DNA from: Eledone cirrhosa
Lineage: Eukaryota
Length of the DNA: 64,000 bases
Direction: 5' to 3'
NCBI GenBank assembly: GCA_964016885.1
Contig: OZ024747.1
Span: 81,096,001-81,160,000 of the forward strand
Shown: positions 54,195 to 64,000 of the stretch, piece after piece
Position numbering within the stretch: the first letter of the stretch is position 1
Layout of the letters: the number at the start of each line of letters is the position of its first letter
Notes under the pieces: generated by a model
Seen by the model: the letters and a program-made list of their open reading frames with translations, nothing else
Told to the model about the DNA's origin: nothing
Database searches by the model: none
Position numbers and translations under genes: made by a program

Positions 54195-55003
54195 ATATAT
54201 ATATATTATAATATATATTATAATATATATATATATTATAATATATATGTATATTATATATATATGTATATTATATATATATATATATATATAGATATAC
54301 AGGTTAGAAACAATTCCAAACATAAATATGAAAAAGAACAGCTACTCACATTCAATAATACATTATACACTGGTACACACAAACACACATACAGAACTGA
54401 TCAACGCACACAAATACACACACACACACACAAATACACACACACACACAATCAGATGTACACAGTCTAAGGCGCTTCATATAACTATGATAGTTTAGGT
54501 TTGAAATCTTCATTTTAACTAAATGTCTTTTAGAGTTATATTTAGTCACAAAACATTTCTAAGGACAAATAAAATGTATAAAAGCAGAGAAGACAGTAAT
54601 AAAACATACCAATAACTCTTTGCTGTCTCATACATATCTGTGTGTATATACATGAATGGATACACACAGACTTTGATGTTTATACACATAAACATATACA
54701 CAATATCTAGAACATGAATATATTCATAAAAGCATATCTCCACATCAATGCATTTTGACATATATTCATGTAACAAACATATACACAACAAAAACACACA
54801 TTGATGCCTTATTTTGTATGCATGTATGTATATATGGATGTATGTATGAATGTATATATATATGTGTGCATGTATGCATGTAAGTATGCATGTATGTATA
54901 TGCATATACATACATGCATATATGTATGTATGTATATGCACAATACATAAAAACATTTAAATTTTATGTAAATAAAGTTTTTATCAATTTTAAATATGGA
55001 TAT

Positions 55004-55068
<65 letters not shown>

Positions 55069-56109
55069 TACATACATACATACATGCACACACATACAAC
55101 ATGTACATATATATGTTTACTTTTGTGCATGCATACACTTGTATAGAAATTTTTCAATATGAGAACATAATAAAAAAAAAAATACATACACAATGTATTA
55201 AAATATCAAACTTAACTGAAGTTAAACTTTTACAAAATGTCTCTTCAAGATTATGTCAAAACATTGCAGTGGAGCAAGCAATATTTCTTTCTATTATATA
55301 TTTTATCTATGTTATGTGAATTTATTTACAAAATGCTTACATTCTTTATGACTGTATTATTTCTTATCCACTTTCATGTCTATATTGAAAAGCTCACATT
55401 TATATCTCTTTCCTTTTCTGTTAAACATAGAAAACCCTTGTGGCAATTCACTGCTGATGGGCATACATGACTACTGCTGTGGTTCTATAGAAATCCTGGC
55501 TACCCAGACTTGAGCTGCATACAATCTGTAAAACTTTCTAGAGTTCAAATTGTACTAAAAAACATTGAATATACATCTATGCTAAACATGTGAGTGTTTG
55601 TATATGCATTTATATATGTGTGTGTGTGTATATATATATATATATTTGTTTATTTGTTTTCATACAAAATAGCTTGATGTTTCAGCAAAGCAAATGGACC
55701 ATTTGCTAATCCTCTTCAAAGAAATAATTGCACACACACACACACACATATATATATATAAAAAATATAACTTTATTTGCATGTAGATGATAAAGATGAT
55801 GATGACTTTACAAATATAAAGAACCTGTACTTAATACCAAAACATAGTATCATTTTTATCTTTTATATTACTAAGATTACCTATATTTCATGGCTGCTCA
55901 CTGATCATGCAATTAAAGGGGATGTTACAATGCACAGTATATATGGCAAATATTATGGGAATTAGTTAACACTTGTGACAAGATAATGTTGGCAGCCTTC
56001 ACGAGGGAGTTATACTCATATTTGCTACATATATTATTTTTTTATAATATTGTCATTAGTTGTGTTATTAGTGAGCAATCATGAAATACATAGTAGCTAA
56101 AGATTGAGA

Positions 56110-56220
56110 AATAATTGTTTCTACTTTAGGCACAAGGCCAGCAAATACCCAGTGCATTACTGGTACTTTATTTTATCGACCCCGTAAGGATGAAAGGCAA
56201 AGTCAACCTCGGCGGTATTT
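56110..56220 (-). mobile_element. 5'-truncated SINE family A
   Basis: TSD TTGAGAAATAAT. Confidence 0.85.
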
Positions 56221-56449
56221 TGAGAAATAATGCCAGCATATACAATATTGTTTTGTTTATGAAGCTTTAAGGAAATTTGAAAAAATATATTTTACTCTTT
56301 CAAAAGCCACTACAAGGCAAATGAACTATAAATACTAAACTAAGCTGAGGTGAGTATTTGAGAATTGCATAAGAAGTTCTAACTATGGGGTGTGTTATGG
56401 GTTTTTTGCCACCATGGGCTTACTAAAAATCTGGATCATTAGTAAAATG

Positions 56450-56998
56450 AAATCTTTTGATAGCTTGAAAATACTCTTGGTTTTTATGATATTAAACTGC
56501 TTAATTTAAAAACATTCCATCATAAATTTATGTAAGAAACTTTGTCATGTTATGCTCCATATACCAGCTTAATAATGAGAAAACTATTTATATTACTAAA
56601 TCCTTCCAAATTCTTGATTATATTCAAAATTATTTGAAAATAATAAGCAGTGTCTTTCATTAGATATATGGTAACAAAAGGGTTAAGTAGGTCATAAATT
56701 CAGAGCTCCTTACAAATCACAACAAAAGAATGAATAATGCAGACATATCTGTACAGGTATTTAACCCTTTTTATACCAACCCAGTTAAAACTGTCTTTGG
56801 TCCTATGCAACAAAACCACCCATTTTAAAGTGTCCCTATTTAAATGAAAGTTTTCCGACATAATTCTATATATGAAGCATATATTAAGTTACCATCTTAA
56901 TAATTAAATAATAAACATGTTTAGTAAATTCATTAAAAGTCTTCATGAATTAATTAGAATAGAGTGTATTTCATTTGAAATATCGCCACAAAAAAAGG
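56450..56998. mobile_element. Two piggyBac-type MITE family 2 copies
   Basis: ..AACAAAAGGG-TTAA at 56682; TTAA-CCCTTTT..AAAAGG-TTAA at 56765-56998. Confidence 0.65.
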
Positions 56999-58487
56999 TT
57001 AAGTAACTTGTTCAAGCAGATATATCTGAAGAAGGTTTGTAATTTCAGTATTAATCAATTAACCCTGACAGTTTTGAAACATTTGAGAGTGTCTAATAAT
57101 GCAGTGCAATTTGATTACAACTAAAAACCATTCAAATAAATAAACTTATAATAATGAATTCCTACAGAAGTATGAAGTTTTCTGTATTTAGGAGACAGAT
57201 TATTCAAATGGCAATGTCTGTACTTTATCTAAAAGTGCTACTGATGTCAGAGAAAAATTCCAATGATGAATTAAAGCAGTATCATGGCTTAAATACTTAA
57301 ATATTTAAATATTTACTTCTGCACTAGAATATACATCAACAGGCATAAAATAATGATTATTATTTTTTTCTGACAAAGCAACGTTTTTTTTTTTATTTAC
57401 CCTTTCTTTCAATGAGAGAAATATACAGTAAATTGATTCAACTTCAAAATAATATTGGTAATGCTTTTATTGAAATTTCTCCAACCAATGCAATGAGATA
57501 AAAAAATAATAATAAATCAAGATCTGAATATCAGTCAAAGGGAAATATATATGACACCAAAGTAGATACTATAAAAGACTTAGCTCTTTAGTGTAAATAT
57601 TGTATAACTTTTATATAAAATATCGTCACAACTATAAGAACAATAAATCATATAACAGCATGATGAAAGACAACAACAACAACAACATAATATATGAATC
57701 ACAATATTGTTTATAGAGTACTTTCACTACCATTAAAACATACACACACACACACACAAAACTTTCACAGCAAAGCCATCTAATGCACACAAACCATATT
57801 TCAGAGAAGTAGCTATAATTTTCAGATGACAGTGTCAATGATGATAACAACGATGAAATTGATGTTGATGATGATGATGATGATGATGATGATCATCATC
57901 ATCATCATCATCAACATCATCATGGCAGTAATAATTATTTCTTTCAATGAGGCAACAGACTATTTCTCAAAGGTGGAACAATATGTTATCCTACTTGTAC
58001 TTATTTTATCAACACTTTCTGTGATGATGATGGTGTAATATATAATTGGAATTTTGAAGAATCAAAAAGTTGATATAGTTATGTGTTTTGACAGTTCACA
58101 CACTATCTGGGCCATCTCTATCACCCAAAGATGACTGAAATAAAATGAGTACAATAGAAAATTAATTTAAAATTTCTAAGTCATATGAAAGGTTCCGGAT
58201 AAATGTAAACCACAAGATTGACAAGGATATTTCAGAAATAGAGATTTAAAAGAAAAGATCAAATAAATTGAAAACTAAATTAAGAGTGTTTCTTTTTAAA
58301 TGAGTAGTTTTACATCACAAATCTTATATGAGTGGTGTTTGTGAAAGTATAGAAGTGCATCAAGATGTGTTTCTGTCTGAAGAAGTAGTTTAATGTACAT
58401 ATGTGTGTTGCTATGTTGAAAACTTAAATATATTATGTATATGTATGTATACACTTACACAAAATATTAATATATACACACACACAC

Positions 58488-58527
<40 letters not shown>

Positions 58528-58578
58528 CAGTCAAGTACATCAGCAACATTTTATGATTCGTTTATTTTTCTTTAACAA

Positions 58579-58656
58579 GCCATCTGATGAAGGTGTGTCT
58601 ACTGAAATTACATTAAATAATGGGAAACAAATTTATCTGGAAATATGCATATTGGT
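58579..58656 (+). ncRNA. Type-I hammerhead-like motif
   Basis: GCCAT-CTGATGA-AGGTG..TATCTG-GAAA-TATGCATA-TTGGT, AATAAA downstream; within a ~180-bp (TA)n-flanked segment. Confidence 0.55.
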
Positions 58657-58770
58657 AGTATATTCAATAAATTGAAATATGAAAAAAGGTACAATGTCTT
58701 GATATATATATACACACACACACACGTACGTATGTGTGTATGTATGTATGTATGTATGTATGTATGTATG

Positions 58771-58801
<31 letters not shown>

Positions 58802-59339
58802 TCTCTTTCTCTTAATTTCGAGTATATTTTTTTGACAGGCCACCTTCCTGGTGGCAAGGTTGTAAAAAAAAAGAAATTGTCATCCCTTGAATCGCAAGAA
58901 TGTTTTGCAAATTTTGAAGGTGCCAGCTATCGCAGCCATTTGTAGACTATGAATTAGGGAATGTATGTATATATATATAAATATATTATAAGAGTTTTCT
59001 CCTTACGATTAAAATTTGGATAGAAAATGAGGAATAAATCTGATTTAATTTGGTTCAAATCTATTTCTTTGGGGGCATGGATGTGGTCTGATTGACTGGT
59101 AGGAGTGATGCTAGCAGGGGAGGGGGAGTTTCTGATAAGACCACTCACTAAAAAAATAAAAGGTAGGGATTTGTTCAAAGTTTACAAACAAGTACAGAGT
59201 GAGTATAGAATGGAAAGGAATTGGTTGTTGTAGGTAAATTTAATGTTTACAGAAGTGATGTCAGCTGTTGTCTATTACTGCATCATATAACCTAGGTAAT
59301 TAGAAATGTCTTATGATTATGGCCATGTGTTAATGAAGT

Positions 59340-59560
59340 ATCATCTCCATGCATGTGCCACTGAGTCGATTTTCTATGTTTTAAACTAGGATTAACTGCG
59401 CTTTTCCTTAGGGATGAAATAAAATAAAGGATTCTTTCAGTGAAAGTGTTGTGTAGTGGAGTGTTTCTAGATTTGGTTAGTATTCATATTAGTTTGATGT
59501 TGTAGGCCTATAATGTAAGCCTTCGTTTGGTTAGATAATTTACCTGGTTATTGAGAAGGG
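59340..59560 (-). pseudogene. Decayed Naiad-type GIY-YIG fragment
   Basis: Minus-strand KAYI(I)GL and HYTTLS parallel KAYIGL and HATTLS in the intact element. Confidence 0.4.
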
Positions 59561-59813
59561 ATGTATTTGTTAGTGGTATTATTATATCTATTATTATGTA
59601 TGCCTTATTCTATTGGAAAGGTTTTGGCAATGTGGGCATAATAGTGTTGTGCAATGTGATGGCTCTTTGTGTTTGGTGAGTTGTTAGTGTTATTTAGGAC
59701 TTCTTTTGAGGTAAAAACCATCCTTGAATTAAAAGTATTGGGGTTGATATGATCAACTAAATGGCCACACTCTAAATATGGAAATCATTTATAGAATATA
59801 TAACATAGATATG

Positions 59814-59848
<35 letters not shown>

Positions 59849-60023
59849 ATATATATATATATATAATATATATATATATATAATACACATAAGAAAAATC
59901 TCAGTATTTATAATTAAGTAAATATATAAGTTGATTTATTCATTCATTTCCTTGAAGTGGTTTAGCAAACATTCATGTTTAGTATCTAGTGGGCTGATCA
60001 CAAACAATATTTTGAATTACTTC

Positions 60024-60212
60024 TAATAATTGTTTCTACTTTTGGCACAAGGCCAGCAATTACCCAGTGTATTACTGGTACTTTATTTTATCGACCCTGT
60101 AAGGATGAAAGGCAAAGTTTACCTGACTGGGATTTGAGCTCAGACCATAAAGGGACGTAACTCTATGCTTCAAAGCATGGTGTCCGACTCTCTACCGATA
60201 CTACCAATCCAC
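60024..60212 (-). mobile_element. SINE family A
   Basis: Family homology; TSD CTTCTAATAAT. Confidence 0.88.
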
Positions 60213-60697
60213 CTTCTAATAATATACAAAGTTGACACATTTTCAGAATGTTTATTTAGATCTCTTGTTCTTAGAAAATAATGATTTGTTGGTAGGTACA
60301 CTTGTGAGGGTGCTCGGTTATTCCAGCACTTTAGCCTTGCTATTCCCTACAACAATGCTGCAAGTGTGTTGACATGTCTCAAAGATTATTAAAGGGGGAA
60401 CTCCAGCATTCCCTGTTGTCATATGTGTTTGAAGTGTGAGTCTTCTCCCCACCTTTATAGTAATAAATATATTAGCATAGTCTTATTTATTATATAATAT
60501 ATGTATATATATGTATTTTCATTACCAGTACAATACACAATCTGGATTTCTAGACATAATAGTGAACAAGCCAGCTAACAATATCAAAGTAATTTATACC
60601 CAAGCACAGATATAGCGTGACAAAAGGCAAATTTTAATTGCTATATCTTTTCACACTAAGTAACTTGACTAGAGTCTAACAAAATTGTACAAAAGTA

Positions 60698-60908
60698 AAT
60701 AATGGTTTCTTATATAGGCACAAGGTCAGCAATTTTGGGGGAGGGGGAAGTCGTTTAAACCGACCCCAGTGCATGACTGGTACTTTATCGACTCCGTAAG
60801 GATGAAAGGCAAAGTTAACCTCGACGGGATTTGAACTCAGATCATAAAGGGCCGTAACTCTATGCTCAAAAGCATGGCATCCGACCCTCTACCAATACTG
60901 CTAATCCT
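60698..60908 (-). mobile_element. SINE family A (long variant)
   Basis: Family homology. Confidence 0.88.
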
Positions 60909-61701
60909 TCACGCTTACAAAAATAAATAATAACATCTCATCTGCCCAATTAAAATTTTTACTGATCCTTTTAATCAGTCAGGAAGTTGTATAGAAAAAA
61001 GGAAATAAAACACTGTCAGGAATTCTCATAATCTTTCAGAATGAGAGAGCCTGTATATGATCATGCAACCTGCTAAATGTAGCAGCTAAAATCTCCTTCA
61101 ATCACCATCTTAAAGACACATTGAGATTGACATAGATTTCAATCATAAATCTACTTGGTCTAGAATGATCTTTTAGTAAACAGAAACAAAAGCTTTTTAA
61201 CTTTTGGAGAATATTAAAGTTTCCTTTCTTTGCTTGGTTGTTAACCTTCTTCATTATATGCTAAACCAGTTGAAACTATTCTATCTACAAAAGACCTTAC
61301 AATTTGGAGATGTATGAACAGAGTGAGCATCAAGTAAATGAATGATGTTTGATGATGATACTGCATTAAAAACACAATCAATGAATCTACATTATAGAAA
61401 ATCAAATACAAAATCATAAAACACTGACATATTTAAGTGCAAGAGTTAAAGATTGTTATATAAGCATTTGAATGGCAACATCTATAACTGAAATATGTGC
61501 AGGCAGACATGTTGAACACTACTCCAAAATCCTTCTACAACATACTATATACTATATCCACTTATCATAACCGACTAGTGTATAAGTTTTACATATTGTT
61601 GTCGTGTATACATGTATACTAATACAATCTCAAACACATGATAATGATATGTATATATATATATATGTATGTATGTGTATATATATATATATATATGTAT
61701 G

Positions 61702-61766
<65 letters not shown>

Positions 61767-61845
61767 GTGTATATATATATTTGTATGTGTATATGCATAT
61801 ATATATATATATATATATGTATGTGTATATATATATATATGTGTG

Positions 61846-61882
<37 letters not shown>

Positions 61883-61987
61883 GTGTATATATATATATAT
61901 GTGTATGTATATACACATATATATATATATATATATATATACACTATGATATTAAATAAATGAAAACTATATTTATAAAACCATATT

Positions 61988-62052
61988 TATTTTATTATAT
62001 ATATTTCAAGGGCAACCAAGACACCATTGGTGTGCTTTCATCAGATAAAATA
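61988..62052 (-). ncRNA. Minimal type-I hammerhead ribozyme (same family as 2117-2181)
   Basis: Minus strand: TATTTTAT-CTGATGA-AAG..ACCAA/TTGGT..CTT-GAAA-TATATA-TA-ATAAAATA; flank matches 1909-1960. Confidence 0.8.
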
Positions 62053-62094
62053 CAAAGTTTGTTTTATAAATACCCATGAAAATCATACATATAT

Positions 62095-62550
<456 letters not shown>

Positions 62551-63043
62551 TAATATATGTATATGTGTGTGCGTGTGTTTAGGCAAGCAGGGAAAAGCAG
62601 TCGTAAAATGATGATGATGATGATATATGTATGTATATGTATATATATATATATACATGTGTTTGTGTATGTGTATTACTCACATACATGCACATGTGCA
62701 TGTATATGTGTATGATTCAGCTAATTATATTTTCTAGAATGCGAATCGATGGTAGAATATTTCCTCAGATTTGAAATTACATCGGATGAAAAGGAAGGCA
62801 ACCACCTTGGGGTAAAAATCTTATGAAGGTTCTATCCTCATTGTGACAGGTGTATCGTGTGTGTGTGTGTGTTGTGCGTTTGCTAGATTAAATTTGTTTT
62901 TATTGTTGTTTGCTTTCTTTAATTATAGATATTCTTCTCCTCATCCCTCATAATAGTGTTTTTTTTTCTTCTTTTTGTTGCTCTTGGATACTAAGAGAAC
63001 ATAATGGTATTATATTCTATATTCACATCAAGATGCAATGCAA

Positions 63044-63083
<40 letters not shown>

Positions 63084-63174
63084 AAGAAGAAGAAGAAAAA
63101 GAAAAAGAAAAAGAAAAAGAAGAAGAAGAAGAAGAAGAAGAAGAAGAAGAAGAAGAAGAAGAAGAAGAAGAAGA
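63044..63174. repeat. (CTA)n-(GAA)n compound microsatellite
   Basis: Directly visible. Confidence 0.95.
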
Positions 63175-63749
63175 TCGTTAATAAAAAAAAAGTATGGTTG
63201 CTCTTTTTCCATAGGAATACTAATAATAGCTCTAATAACAATATATTTTTTATAAAGACATAAGACCAAAAAACGTGTAGGATGTGGGTAGAGTTGATTA
63301 TCAACGACAGTATTAGAATATATTATTGACTTATGGAATGATAAAAGGCAAAGGTGACATCAGTGGGATTTGAACTCAAACTGTAAAGAACCATAATATA
63401 ACAATAGTAATGGTTTCTAATTAAAGTACAATGTCAGCATTTTTGTGGGAAGAAAGGAAAAAGTCAATAAAATACAATAAAATACTTTACTTATACTTTA
63501 TTCTATTTTACTCCAGAAGAATGAAAGTCAATGAAAGTCAAAGCTGACCTTGGTAAAATTTAATCTTGGAATGTAAAGAGAAATAATAGCAAAATTTATA
63601 AAAAATAAAATTATAAAAAAATATACAAATAAAATTACTTCTCCATTGACTTCGAGAATAGTCACATTAGCAACAAATAAGACATTGCATGTAGCAATGT
63701 TGATACTTTGGCAGTAGTAGTAGTAGCGTTTGTCATAGCAGTAGTTGTA

Positions 63750-63966
63750 ATAATAATTGTTTATGATTTTAGGCACAAGGCCAGCAATTTGAAGGGAAAA
63801 GAACAACTAAATGGATCTCAATGCATTACTGGTACTTTATTTTATTGACCCCGTAAGGATGAAAGGCAAAGCTAACCTCGGCTGGATTTGAACTGAGAAT
63901 GTAAAGGGTCATAACTCTTTGCTACGAAGCATGGTGTCCAACGCTGTACTGATACTACCAATCCAA
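63750..63966 (-). mobile_element. SINE family A
   Basis: Family homology. Confidence 0.82.
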
Positions 63967-64000
63967 ATAATAGTAGTAATCAAAAGAGCAAGTATAATGC

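Overview
AT-rich, microsatellite-dense eukaryotic DNA. The SINE/LINE content suggests an octopus or other coleoid cephalopod (inference). Nearly all ORFs in the track are (TA)n/(CA)n artefacts, and I cannot name a host gene. Two splice-flanked candidate microexons on the minus strand suggest the window may be intronic. The real coding content is transposon-derived: a 5'-truncated but uninterrupted Penelope-like (Naiad-type) RT + GIY-YIG ORF in a (TA)n tract, several RTE LINE fragments (one with a PHD finger) and decayed PLE pieces. There are also two abundant tRNA-derived SINE families, a bipartite RTE-derived element, and mariner- and piggyBac-type MITEs. The main unexplained structure is a set of type-I hammerhead ribozyme motifs. 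One lies at the 3' end of the Naiad element (U3-A8 core variant). About eight more, some degenerate, lie in short non-coding elements that are often palindromic and (TA)n-flanked, and several share a downstream GAGTRCY motif. This looks like an autonomous/non-autonomous, ribozyme-processed retroelement system. All structures were folded by eye and many boundaries are approximate.
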